From Minisyncoccota bacterium (GTDB lineage: Bacteria > Patescibacteriota > Minisyncoccia > Phycocordibacterales > Phycocordibacteraceae), in the NCBI GenBank assembly GCA_041664265.1, contig JBAYLD010000001.1, positions 134,358-198,357 on the forward strand: a stretch of DNA of 64,000 nucleotides. Direction: 5' to 3'. The notes below the pieces were generated by a model. The model was not told the origin of the DNA and searched no databases. It worked only from the letters and a program-made list of their open reading frames with translations. Of this stretch, positions 7,586-16,738 are shown piece by piece. Numbering within the stretch: position 1 is the first letter of the stretch; each line of letters begins with the position of its first letter. Made by a program: the position numbers and the translations under genes.

Positions 7586-8889
7586 TGTTGCAAAAGTGCG
7601 TTCAAAGAGCGCCCGGCAGAAGCGAGCGCCGCAGCGAGTGTCGAACGGCCGCTTATCACTCCTCCAATCATACTCGAGAAAACCACATCCGTGTCAGCAG
7701 GCAGTGGGGACAGCCATCCTTTTGCATAGAGGGCCTCGGCATAGGCAACCGCGGCCACTGGATCATCGGGCGCAACAGCGAGCCCATTTAACACGGTTGG
7801 CGCGAGCCCTGTCTCTGCGGCCGCAACAGCCTGCTCCTCTAGATTCGTGAGAAGCGCGGCGGCCTGATACGCTCCCGAAGCGTTTTTAGCGCCATTTGGG
7901 ATCATGAACGCATACACCAAGCCATACACACTCTTCGTCTCGGCAGTCGCCGGCTGCGGCAGAGGCGCGACACCGAAGGTGAGGTTCGGATTCGCCGCCG
8001 CGAAGAAACGTGCCTCAGAAGCATACCCGATATAGAGCGCGAGATCGCCTGCAAGAAATGCCTGTTGGGAGTCCGGCAAGGAGGCATTCCAGGTGTACGA
8101 GACTTTCGACGGATCGGCAAACTGCGTATAGAAGCCGAGCACCGCCTGTCCAACCGGCGCGCCGGCGCCGCCCGAAAGCTTCTCGCCTAAATCAGCAACG
8201 AGATCACCGCTGAATGAATATGAGGAGATTGGCGCGCCCGTTTGGAGGAAGAGTGTGGAGAGTATACCCCGCGCGTTGTGCACATTATCATAGGTGCCCA
8301 GTGCGATGAGTCCGCGCGTGATCTGCCGCGCAGGAGTGAGAACCGCAGTGCCCGGCACCAGGCCGGTCAACGCCTCCCAGGTCGCAGGCGGCCTCGCGAT
8401 GCCGTTTGAAGCGAGAAGGGAGCGATTTGAGAAGAGTACCAGCGGGTCGACAAGGAACGGTATGCCGTAGTAGCCGTCTGGAGCCGCGAAGAGCTCCCCC
8501 TCCCCAATGAAGGTGTTCGTAAAGGCGGCTGCGGAGAGGGTGCTGGACGGTATCGGCATAATGAACTTCGCGATTGCATGAAGCTCTTCCTGCGAAGCGA
8601 GCACGAGATCGGGTGCGGCTCCCGTCGCTATCGCCGCGGCGAGATCGTTCTGAAGCGTCGCAGAATCCTTTTGCACATACGATACGCTCTTAAGCGCCGT
8701 TGCGGACTTTGCGATTTCAACGAGAGCAGACTGCACACCCTCCTTCGGCAAGGTACCCCAGATAACGACCGCCCCGACCGCGTCTTCTTTGCTGCCATCA
8801 CTTGTGTATGTTGCGAAGACGAAGAGACCGATGAGCGCGGCGAGGCCGAACACGCCGAGTAAAACACCTTGGAAGAGAGAGATTTTCAT
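7582..8889 (-). CDS. ABC-transporter family-1 extracellular solute-binding protein (orphan)
   Basis: 435 aa. N-terminal TM anchor. VVIWGTLP, TGAAPDLVLASQEEL and YGIPFLVDPLVLFSNRSLL...PPATWEAL are typical of SBP_bac_1. No permease or ATPase nearby. Confidence 0.6.
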   Translation of the reverse strand: MKISLFQGVLLGVFGLAALIGLFVFATYTSDGSKEDAVGAVVIWGTLPKEGVQSALVEIAKSATALKSVSYVQKDSATLQNDLAAAIATGAAPDLVLASQEELHAIAKFIMPIPSSTLSAAAFTNTFIGEGELFAAPDGYYGIPFLVDPLVLFSNRSLLASNGIARPPATWEALTGLVPGTAVLTPARQITRGLIALGTYDNVHNARGILSTLFLQTGAPISSYSFSGDLVADLGEKLSGGAGAPVGQAVLGFYTQFADPSKVSYTWNASLPDSQQAFLAGDLALYIGYASEARFFAAANPNLTFGVAPLPQPATAETKSVYGLVYAFMIPNGAKNASGAYQAAALLTNLEEQAVAAAETGLAPTVLNGLAVAPDDPVAAVAYAEALYAKGWLSPLPADTDVVFSSMIGGVISGRSTLAAALASAGRSLNALLQQ

Positions 8890-8892
8890 AGA

Positions 8893-9432
8893 TTAAGGGG
8901 CAGTAAATAATATTCCATAATGATGCGGCCCCGCGCGGAATGATTTCACCTTATGGAAACCATTATTGATAAAAAGTTCCTCAGCCTCGTGCTCGGTCAC
9001 GATGTGCTCGGGTGAGGGGCCCATGCCGCCATAGCTGCCAGCCCAATCGATAAGCATGAGTTTGCCGCCCGGCTTCAGCACGCGCCGCACTTCCTCGAGG
9101 AGCCCGGGGCGATGCTCGATCTGGAAGAGCGTGTTCGCGAGTATGACGGCGTCGAGCGTCGCGTCACGCAGGTGCGTACCGCCTGACTTCTCGATATTGC
9201 CCCACACCGCGTCGATGACGCCGTGGTGCGCCGCGTGCATAGTGAGCTTCAAGTGCTTCAGCACATCCTCCTGCACATCAATCGCATACACCTTCCCACC
9301 GTTGCCTTCGACAATCGCGGCGGCCGCACGCGCATAGTGGCCGCTCCCGGTGCCGAAATCAGCAACCCTCATTCCCTCGCGGAGTCCGAGCTGAAGGACA
9401 GCATCTCTGGGAGAACTAAACTGCGCATTCAT
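8893..9432 (-). CDS. Class I SAM-dependent methyltransferase
   Basis: Start set at the internal Met (MNAQFSS...). The upstream part of the ORF-track frame (to 9729) is not protein-like. Motif I VADFGTGSGHY, motif LKPGGKLMLID. Confidence 0.65.
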   Translation of the reverse strand: MNAQFSSPRDAVLQLGLREGMRVADFGTGSGHYARAAAAIVEGNGGKVYAIDVQEDVLKHLKLTMHAAHHGVIDAVWGNIEKSGGTHLRDATLDAVILANTLFQIEHRPGLLEEVRRVLKPGGKLMLIDWAGSYGGMGPSPEHIVTEHEAEELFINNGFHKVKSFRAGPHHYGILFTAP

Positions 9433-9496
9433 GCATATAAAATACCACGTACGGCCCGCCGCGGACCGCACAATCAACATTCTCTTAAAGCAAACC

Positions 9497-10264
9497 TGTG
9501 GACACCGGGTGTCTACAAAAGATTTGCGAGTTAGTATGAGGAAATGGGGTACCGAGAAAACATGACGAACTCTTGTGTGCATGCATACAACCGTGGAGTA
9601 AAGAAAATGCCTATCTTCCGAGAAAAGAACGACCTGTTGCGCCTTTTTAATAGCCTGTACTACTTCAATACCACACAAACGATGCCAGAGAACTGGATCC
9701 GCGATGTTATTAGAGAAGGTGGAATGCAAAAATTAGTGTGGCCATCTATATGGGAACCACGCGAACCGCTAGTTTCAATTCTAGCATGCACTATAATGCC
9801 AAACCATTTCCATTTACTACTTAAAGAGAAAATCGCGGGCGGTATAAGTAAATTTATGCACCGCGTCAGTATGGGATATTCAAAATTCATCAACGAGAAA
9901 TATACCGAGAGTGGTAGTCTCTTCCAAGGCGCTTACAAGGCAAGGTGTATCGATGACGATGCAGATTTAAAAAATCTTGTTGCATATATCATGATAAAGA
10001 ATTCCTTCGAAACATACCCGGGAGGATTGGAGAAAGCGTACAAAGAATTTGACCAGGCTTACGACTACGCGCTTGACTACCCGTTAACCAGTCTTGCCGA
10101 ATACACAGGGAAAAGAAAGCCGGCACTATTAGATCACAATCTCCTACGAGAGTTATTTGAAGAACCAAAATCATTCAAGGAATTCGCTCGCGATTGTATG
10201 CAAAATCGCTTCGAGCAAATGAATGATTATAGTTTCGAGAAAGTGTAGACACCGGGTGTCTACA
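9497..10264 (+). mobile_element. IS200/IS605-family (RAYT-like) element 1, bounded by palindromic hairpins
   Basis: Left hairpin tgtggacaccgggtgtctaca (9497-9517) and right perfect palindrome tgtagacaccgggtgtctaca (10244-10264) flank a Y1 HuH transposase gene. Confidence 0.6.
9544..10248 (+). CDS. Y1 HuH transposase, IS200-like / REP-associated tyrosine transposase-like
   Basis: 234 aa. HuH motif MPNHFHLLL. Downstream Tyr region SGSLFQGAYKARCIDDDADLKNLVAYIMIKN resembles the RAYT WQRRYxxHxIRDE region. Confidence 0.65.
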   Translation: MGYRENMTNSCVHAYNRGVKKMPIFREKNDLLRLFNSLYYFNTTQTMPENWIRDVIREGGMQKLVWPSIWEPREPLVSILACTIMPNHFHLLLKEKIAGGISKFMHRVSMGYSKFINEKYTESGSLFQGAYKARCIDDDADLKNLVAYIMIKNSFETYPGGLEKAYKEFDQAYDYALDYPLTSLAEYTGKRKPALLDHNLLRELFEEPKSFKEFARDCMQNRFEQMNDYSFEKV

Positions 10265-10465
10265 CCTCACAAATATCCTTATCTTATACCGACCGGATGT
10301 GGATAAGAATATTGAGGGAAATAAAAAAGCCGCGAGAGACGGGAGTAATTGCCTTATCGCTTTCCTCCACTAACAACGTCCTCGCGGCTACTTCAGTGTC
10401 CACCAGGAGACTTACTCCCGGCAAAGAGCCGGGTCCGGCCGAACCCGAACTCTATTTACAAAATA

Positions 10466-12952
10466 TCACAGCGCGACCATCGAGGCGATAGAGTCGCCCT
10501 CGCGCATTTTCATGATACGGACACCCTGGGTCGCACGCGAGAGGAGCGAGATCTCGGCAACGGAAGTGCGGATCACCTGCCCTTTCTTAGAGACAACGAC
10601 GAGCTCTTCTTCAGCAAGATCGCCGACGCAGACACGCGCGCCGATGATCTCGCCTGTCTTCGGCGTCACCTCGGCCGTCTTGATGCCCGAGCCGCCGCGA
10701 CCCTGAACCTTGTATTCAGAAATCTTGGTGCGCTTGCCGTATCCCTTGCTCATAATGACCAAGAGAGAAGCGTCACGGGCCGCTGCAGAAACAACCTCCG
10801 CCGAGACCACCCGATCGCCCTTCCGGACAGCCATGCCGCGCACACCGCCAGCCGTACGGCCCATCTCGCGAACGTCTTCTGTATCAAATCGAATCGACTG
10901 CCCCTTTGCGGTAACGATAGAGACCGTGTCGCCCTCGGCCGCATGATGCGCTGAGACAAGCTTGTCGCCCTTTTTCAAATTAATCGCGATAATGCCCGAG
11001 CGGCGCACGTCGGAGAACGACTTCGCTGCGACCCGCTTCACCACCCCCTGCTCGGTCACAAAGACGACCGACGACGCATCGAGCGCCGCACCCTTGGGCA
11101 CCGGCAGTATCGAGGTAACCTTTTCATCGCCCGCGAGCGCGAGGAAGTTCATAATGCTCTTGCCCTTGGTTGCGCGCTTGCCCTCCGGGATCTCGTACAT
11201 TTTGAGCTGGTACGCCTTGCCGAAGTCGGTGAAGAAGAGTAGGTCGCTGTGCGCATTCGTCACCAAGAAGTGCGTTACGATGTCTTCTTCTTTGGTCGCG
11301 ATGTCCACCACGCCGACGCCGCCGCGCTTCTGCCGTCTGTATTCGTTCGGATTCGTTCGCTTCACATAGCCGCCCTGGGTGAGGAGCAGCATCGACTCTT
11401 CGTCTGGTACGAGATCCTCCGCAGAGATGTTCTGCACGCCGCCCTTCACGATTCTCGTGCGACGATCATCGCCATATTTCTCCGCGAGCCCTTCAAGCTC
11501 ACTCTTCACCACGGCGAGGATCTTTTTGGGCGATGAGAGAATCTCCTTCAGCTTCTTGATCAGCGCTTGCACTTCGGTGAGCTCGTCTTCGAGCTTCTTG
11601 CGTTCCAGCCCGGCGAGCTTGGAGAGGCGCATTTCGAGAATCGCTGCCGCTTGCAGCACCGAAAAGCCAAATTTCTTCTGGAGCGCGAGACTCGCCGAAG
11701 GCACATCGGCCGCTTTCTTAATTATCGCGATAACCTCGTCGATATGATCGAGCGCTTTACAGAGACCGAGGAGTATATGTTCGCGCGCTTCAGCCTGCCG
11801 CAAATCAAATTCGGTGCGACGCTTCACCACTTCTTGGCGATGGTGTACGAAATGCTCCAGCATTCCCGAGAGCGAGAGCATTTCTGGTACGCCATCAACC
11901 AACGCGAGCATGTTGTAGTGGAACGTGCTCTCGAGCTCGGTGTGCTTGTATAAAGCGTTCAAAACCGCCTGCGGATGCGCGGTGCCCTTAAGCTCAACCA
12001 CGACGCGGATATCGGTCGTAGATTCATCACGCAAGTCGCGGATACCCTCAAGCTTTTTCTCCTGCACCAGCTCGGCGATGCGTGCGATGAGCTCGCTCTT
12101 GTTTACGCGGTATGGGATGGAGGTGATGATGATGTGCGTATCCTTCTTCCCGTCATCCACAATCTCTGCCTCGCCGCGCACCACCACTGGTCCCTTGCCG
12201 CTGCCATAGACATGCTTGATATCTGTTTGATTAAACGCGACACCGCCCAAGGGGAAATCGGGACCCTTCACAAACTGGAGGAGGTCATCGGTCGTTGCGC
12301 CCGGATTGTCTATAGAATGGATAGCAGCAGCGACGACTTCACGAAGGTTGTGCGGCGGAATGTTGGTCGCCATCCCCACCGCGATGCCGAGCGTGCCGTT
12401 CAAGAGCAAATTCGGCAGTGCAGAAGGGAGCACACTCGGCTCGTCTCGCGTCGCGTCATAATTCGGGTTCCACGCGACGGTCTCCTTCTCGAGATCGGTA
12501 AGGAGCGCCTCGCCGATGCGCGACATCTTTGCTTCGGTATAACGCATCGCCGCTGGCGAGTCGCCGTCGATAGAGCCGAAGTTGCCCTGCCCTAACACAA
12601 GCGGGTAGCGATAGGAGAATTCCTGCGCCATCTTCGCCATAGAGTCATACACCGCAACATCACCGTGCGGATGATATTTGCCGAGCACATCGCCGACCAC
12701 GAGCGCCGATTTGCGGAACTTCGAGCTAGGACCGAGACCGAGGCCCTGCATCGCGTAGAGGATGCGGCGGTGTACCGGCTTCAACCCGTCGCGCACGTCT
12801 GGCAAAGCGCGGCTCGTGATGACCGACATCGCGTAGTCGAGATACGAGGTGCGCATCTCGGCCACGATCGGCTGATCAATGACATTCGCGGCGACTGATT
12901 GCCCCAAAGGGGCAACCGCGTTTCTATCCTTGTCATCTTTACTGCGCGCCAT
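10466..12952 (-). CDS. gyrA: DNA gyrase subunit A
   Basis: 828 aa. [33 protein letters not shown] and other GyrA N-terminal signatures. Long-hairpin terminator downstream at about 10320-10390. Confidence 0.95.
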   Translation of the reverse strand: MARSKDDKDRNAVAPLGQSVAANVIDQPIVAEMRTSYLDYAMSVITSRALPDVRDGLKPVHRRILYAMQGLGLGPSSKFRKSALVVGDVLGKYHPHGDVAVYDSMAKMAQEFSYRYPLVLGQGNFGSIDGDSPAAMRYTEAKMSRIGEALLTDLEKETVAWNPNYDATRDEPSVLPSALPNLLLNGTLGIAVGMATNIPPHNLREVVAAAIHSIDNPGATTDDLLQFVKGPDFPLGGVAFNQTDIKHVYGSGKGPVVVRGEAEIVDDGKKDTHIIITSIPYRVNKSELIARIAELVQEKKLEGIRDLRDESTTDIRVVVELKGTAHPQAVLNALYKHTELESTFHYNMLALVDGVPEMLSLSGMLEHFVHHRQEVVKRRTEFDLRQAEAREHILLGLCKALDHIDEVIAIIKKAADVPSASLALQKKFGFSVLQAAAILEMRLSKLAGLERKKLEDELTEVQALIKKLKEILSSPKKILAVVKSELEGLAEKYGDDRRTRIVKGGVQNISAEDLVPDEESMLLLTQGGYVKRTNPNEYRRQKRGGVGVVDIATKEEDIVTHFLVTNAHSDLLFFTDFGKAYQLKMYEIPEGKRATKGKSIMNFLALAGDEKVTSILPVPKGAALDASSVVFVTEQGVVKRVAAKSFSDVRRSGIIAINLKKGDKLVSAHHAAEGDTVSIVTAKGQSIRFDTEDVREMGRTAGGVRGMAVRKGDRVVSAEVVSAAARDASLLVIMSKGYGKRTKISEYKVQGRGGSGIKTAEVTPKTGEIIGARVCVGDLAEEELVVVSKKGQVIRTSVAEISLLSRATQGVRIMKMREGDSIASMVAL

Positions 12953-12985
12953 ACAAGATATTTAAAAATTTAAGTATTCAAACAT

Positions 12986-13330
12986 TTAAAAAGGTATCGT
13001 TGTCTGCTCGGATTGCCTCCCTGAAGAGGTCGCGGGCGAGGTATCGACGATCTCGATGTGTGCGGGAGAATCAATATCAGAAAGGGCAGATGCGGCGCCG
13101 GCAAGCCCGGCAACATCGGCACTGGGACGGTCAACGTCGGCAGCGGGACGACCAGTACTGTCAGCAAAATTACTCCCCTGAATCGCGAATGCATCCGTAG
13201 AGAGCGAACCCGCGAGCCAGACGAATGCGACGAGCGCCGTGCCAAGTCCGGCAGTGGCAAACACGATCTGTTTGCGGACATGGTGCGGCTTCCCTTTTGC
13301 ATATTCAATATGTTCAAAAATGGTTTTCAT
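12986..13330 (-). CDS. Hypothetical small membrane protein
   Basis: 114 aa, one TM (IVFATAGLGTALVAFVWLAGSL). Preferred over the overlapping 12970..13317 frame. Confidence 0.3.
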   Translation of the reverse strand: MKTIFEHIEYAKGKPHHVRKQIVFATAGLGTALVAFVWLAGSLSTDAFAIQGSNFADSTGRPAADVDRPSADVAGLAGAASALSDIDSPAHIEIVDTSPATSSGRQSEQTTIPF

Positions 13331-13335
13331 GAGAA

Positions 13336-13977
13336 CTAGGGCGTTATCACCAGTATACTCCCGTCGCGACCGATGAGGTCTTTCTTCTTCAATGTGAGCT
13401 TATCAACGGTGTCGCTCCCGTTCCCCGCCTCCTTAAGGAAGGTCTCGAGCGCTTTCGCCTGCCCGATCCCGTCCCAATGCATCGGGATGATGATCTTCGG
13501 CTCGAGTGAGACGGCGAGCTCGTGCGCGGCGGCGGGCGAGAGCACACCCTCGCCTCCGATCGGAGCGAAGAGCACATCTATCTCGCCGATATTTTCGCGC
13601 GCTTCCTTTGAGAGCTCAGTGTCGGCGAGCGCGCCCAAGTGTACGAGCGTCATGTCTTCAAGTTCGACGCTGTAAATAGTGTTCACCGCCTCGTCTTGAC
13701 CCTTCGCGAGACCAAACTTGCTCTTGGAGAGGAATCCCTGGATAGTGACCCCCTGCCGCTCATATTCGCCGGGGCCGGTAATTGCAAAGGGCTTTTTGTC
13801 GCCATAGGTCACTTCTTCAATGCCATTCATGTCTGGGTGGTCGCGCGAGACGAGCGCAATGTCGGCGCCGAAGCGCACCGGCGACAATGACGCGCCCTTG
13901 GCTATCGGATCAAAGACAAGAGTCAAGTCACCGAAGGTGACTTTGAAGCACTGCCCGCCGTGATGGGTTATGACCAT
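13336..13977 (-). CDS. MBL-fold metallo-hydrolase (UPF0173-like)
   Basis: 213 aa. MVITHHGGQCF... and ...IIPMHWD are typical of beta-lactamase-fold hydrolases. Confidence 0.55.
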   Translation of the reverse strand: MVITHHGGQCFKVTFGDLTLVFDPIAKGASLSPVRFGADIALVSRDHPDMNGIEEVTYGDKKPFAITGPGEYERQGVTIQGFLSKSKFGLAKGQDEAVNTIYSVELEDMTLVHLGALADTELSKEARENIGEIDVLFAPIGGEGVLSPAAAHELAVSLEPKIIIPMHWDGIGQAKALETFLKEAGNGSDTVDKLTLKKKDLIGRDGSILVITP

Positions 13978-14044
13978 ATAGTGCCTCTATTTTAGCATAA
14001 ATCACCCTTATCCACAACGGGTTTTTAGGAGCCGTTGCGAAGAA

Positions 14045-14073
14045 AAGTGACTCTTGGTATATTTTAAGTGAAC
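14045..14073 (+). promoter_or_regulatory. Sigma70-like promoter candidate
   Basis: TTGCGA, 17-nt spacer, TATATT. Confidence 0.35.
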
Positions 14074-14135
14074 CACTGATCTTTCTATCGGCCAAGTGTT
14101 TGTTCCCTACCAATCCTTTAACCAGCACCCGCTTC

Positions 14136-14172
14136 TCTCCGGAGAGCGGGTGGCTTTTTATTTAATAAACCC
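14136..14172 (+). terminator. Rho-independent terminator closing a candidate ~90-nt transcript
   Basis: cacccgcttctctccggagagcgggtgg followed by cttttta. Confidence 0.4.
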
Positions 14173-14276
14173 CGTGCTATAGTCCACTCGTTGCGTGCAG
14201 AGAACTAGATTCTGGCTAACCCTTAGCGCCTCACGGCGCGAGCACCAGTTTCGAAAATCCGCACTGCTTTATATAT

Positions 14277-15401
14277 ATGTCTGAAGAGAAGTCTGGAGTG
14301 AAGGTCGCTCCGTTGCCGACCATACATCTTGAGAAGGGCCATCCGATGGAGGCTCTGATTGACGCTATCCCCACACCGCCATCAGCGAGCGATCTCGTCG
14401 AGGGCACTATCATCGCCATCAGCCGCGGACGCGTCTATGTCGACCTGCCGCCCTTTGGTACCGGCATCATCTATGGCCGCGAATATTTGAACGCCGCCGA
14501 CGTGTTGCGCAAGGCGAACCCAGGCGACACTATCAGCGCGAAGGTCATCGACCCGGCCGGCCGCGATGGCTATATCGAGCTCTCGCTCAAGGAGGCGCGT
14601 CAGGCAGCTATCTGGGGCGAAGCCGAGACCGCAATCCTCTCGCAGACGCCGTACTCGCTCGTGGTTGAAGAAGCGAACAAGGGCGGTCTCATTCTCTCTT
14701 GGCAGGGCATCCAAGGGTTCCTCCCCGCTTCGCAACTCTCCAAAGATCATTATCCGCGCGTGCCGGAAGGCGATAAGGAAAAGATCCTCGGCGAACTCAT
14801 GAATCTCGTCGGGCATCCGCTCTCGGTACGAATCATCACCGCCGACGCGAAGGAGGGCAAGCTGATCTTCTCCGAGCGCACCGGGAACGAGGCAGAAGAG
14901 AAGGCGTCACTCATCGACAAATACCAAGTCGGCGACACAGCAACAGGAGAAGTGACGGGAGTCGTCGACTTCGGCGTCTTTGTGAAGCTCGAGCAAGGAT
15001 TGGAGGGTCTCGCACACATCAGCGAGCTCGATTGGGGCCTCGTCGAAGATCCGCATGCGCTCTTTAATGTCGGTGATGCGGTGAAGGTCAAGATTATCGA
15101 GATTAAAGAGGGCAAGATCTCCCTCTCGATCAAGGCCTTGAAGGAGAATCCGTGGCACACCGCCGCCGATCGCTACAAGAAGGGCATGGAGGTGCCGGGC
15201 GTCATCATCAAGTACAACAAGCATGGCGCGCTCGCCTCGATCGAGGAGGGCGTGGCGGGCCTCGTGCATGTGAGCGAATTCGAATCGCCCGCGGCGCTCC
15301 GCGAGACCTTGGAACTCGGCAAGACATACCCCTTCACCATCGCCCTCTTTGAACCAAAGGAGCAGCGCATGACGTTGACGTATACCGGTAAGAAGAAGTA
15401 A
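14277..15401 (+). CDS. rpsA: 30S ribosomal protein S1
   Basis: 374 aa. Repeated S1-domain signatures (GTIIAISRGRVYVDL, GEVTGVVDFGVFVKL, ...). Confidence 0.75.
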   Translation: MSEEKSGVKVAPLPTIHLEKGHPMEALIDAIPTPPSASDLVEGTIIAISRGRVYVDLPPFGTGIIYGREYLNAADVLRKANPGDTISAKVIDPAGRDGYIELSLKEARQAAIWGEAETAILSQTPYSLVVEEANKGGLILSWQGIQGFLPASQLSKDHYPRVPEGDKEKILGELMNLVGHPLSVRIITADAKEGKLIFSERTGNEAEEKASLIDKYQVGDTATGEVTGVVDFGVFVKLEQGLEGLAHISELDWGLVEDPHALFNVGDAVKVKIIEIKEGKISLSIKALKENPWHTAADRYKKGMEVPGVIIKYNKHGALASIEEGVAGLVHVSEFESPAALRETLELGKTYPFTIALFEPKEQRMTLTYTGKKK

Positions 15402-15410
15402 AAAGACATT

Positions 15411-15447
15411 AAAAAAAACGCCCCCGTGAAAACGGGGGCGTTTTTTT
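15411..15447. terminator. Bidirectional rho-independent terminator (rpsA / pth convergent)
   Basis: aaaaaaaa cgcccccg tgaaaa cgggggcg ttttttt. Confidence 0.7.
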
Positions 15448-15448
15448 G

Positions 15449-16051
15449 TTATCGCGTGTTAGTGAACTGGGTCGCGGATTCAATACCTTCAGTCGCGAAG
15501 AGGCGCGCGGACTCGGCGACTTTTTTGAGGACTTTTTTGAGAGCTGCTTCTTCGCTCGGCTTCCACTTCCCGATTACATGCTTGATGACTTTTTCTTCCT
15601 TGTCCGCCGTAGCCTTGGCGAAGGCGGGACCGCTCTTTTTGGGAGAAATCCCGATTCTGATGCGTGCAAATTCTTTTGTCTTTATCGCACGCATAATGCT
15701 CTCGACGCCCTTGTGCCCGCCGCTCCCGCGGCCGAACACCATTTTTATCGTACCGAGCGGCAGATCGAGATCGTCGTGAACGACGAGTAGGCTCTTCGCC
15801 GCTTTGGGCGACTTTATGAACGCACTCACAGCCTTCCCCGAGAGATTCATCATCGTCTCGGGCAACACAAGGACCGCGCTCTCAGTGCCGATGGCGCCTT
15901 TCGTCACGAGCGCATTACTCGTTTTGTTAAAAACAAAGTCATCAAAGCCCTCCTGCTTTGCAAGAAGCTCCACCACGCTTCGCCCGGCGTTGTGCCGCGT
16001 CTTTTCATACTCCTTACCCGGGTTCCCGAGCCCTGCGATGACGAGTGTCAT
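15449..16051 (-). CDS. pth: Peptidyl-tRNA hydrolase
   Basis: 200 aa. VIAGLGNPGKEYEKTRHNAGR signature. Confidence 0.85.
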   Translation of the reverse strand: MTLVIAGLGNPGKEYEKTRHNAGRSVVELLAKQEGFDDFVFNKTSNALVTKGAIGTESAVLVLPETMMNLSGKAVSAFIKSPKAAKSLLVVHDDLDLPLGTIKMVFGRGSGGHKGVESIMRAIKTKEFARIRIGISPKKSGPAFAKATADKEEKVIKHVIGKWKPSEEAALKKVLKKVAESARLFATEGIESATQFTNTR

Positions 16052-16137
16052 GCACGTATGGTAGCAGAAAATTTACCCAACACTACATTTTTAGTGCTTG
16101 GGGTTGCACTCCACGAACACACGAGTACAATGCGTGT

Positions 16138-16725
16138 ATGCAAGATTCTTGGAAAGGTCTTCTGAAGGATCTTTTCACGCTCGCACTCCTTATCGTGGTC
16201 GTGGTGATCCCGATCCGCGTTTTTGTTATTTCCCCCTTTGTCGTTGACGGCGAATCGATGCATCCCACCTTCAAGAATCTTGATTACCTGATCATCGACG
16301 AATTTCTCTACAACTTCAAAGCGCCCGAACGCGGCGACGTGATCGTCTTCCGCTACCCCAGCGATCCTTCCCTCTTCTATATCAAGCGCATTATCGGCCT
16401 TCCTGGCGAGACGGTCTCGATCAACCGCGGCGTTGTCACTATCATCAAAAGCGACGGGAGCGAGCTCGCGCTTACCGAGCCATATATCGTAAACGAGGAT
16501 GCGACCTATACCAAAAATGTCTCGCTTGATTCTGAAGAATATTTTGTCATGGGCGATAATCGTCCCAACAGCTCCGACTCGCGCGTCTGGGGCTCCTTAC
16601 CCAAGGACAACATCATCGGCCGCGTCGACCTCCGACTCCTCCCGATTTCAAAAAGCGGCTTCTTCCCCGGCGCAGTGACATACGCACCTCTCACGCCAAG
16701 TTCAACCCTACCCGTGTCACCATGA
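16138..16725 (+). CDS. lepB: Signal peptidase I
   Basis: Start moved to the internal ATG (MQDSW); the ORF track starts at 16045 and overlaps pth. SPase I boxes: DGESMHPTF, GDVIVFRYP, YIKRIIGLPGETV, FVMGDNRPNSSDSRVWG. Confidence 0.8.
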   Translation: MQDSWKGLLKDLFTLALLIVVVVIPIRVFVISPFVVDGESMHPTFKNLDYLIIDEFLYNFKAPERGDVIVFRYPSDPSLFYIKRIIGLPGETVSINRGVVTIIKSDGSELALTEPYIVNEDATYTKNVSLDSEEYFVMGDNRPNSSDSRVWGSLPKDNIIGRVDLRLLPISKSGFFPGAVTYAPLTPSSTLPVSP

Positions 16726-16738
16726 CCCATTCAATTAC

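Noticed and set aside
10349-12898. Multiple 60-200-aa plus-strand ORFs inside gyrA
   Set aside because: All are antisense to gyrA, which is unambiguous. None has a domain signature.
14036-14172. SRP RNA (4.5S) or 6S RNA identity for the candidate small transcript
   Set aside because: The conserved SRP domain IV motif (AGGUCCGGAAGGAAGCAGC-like) is absent and the length is too short for 6S. It is left as an unclassified candidate.
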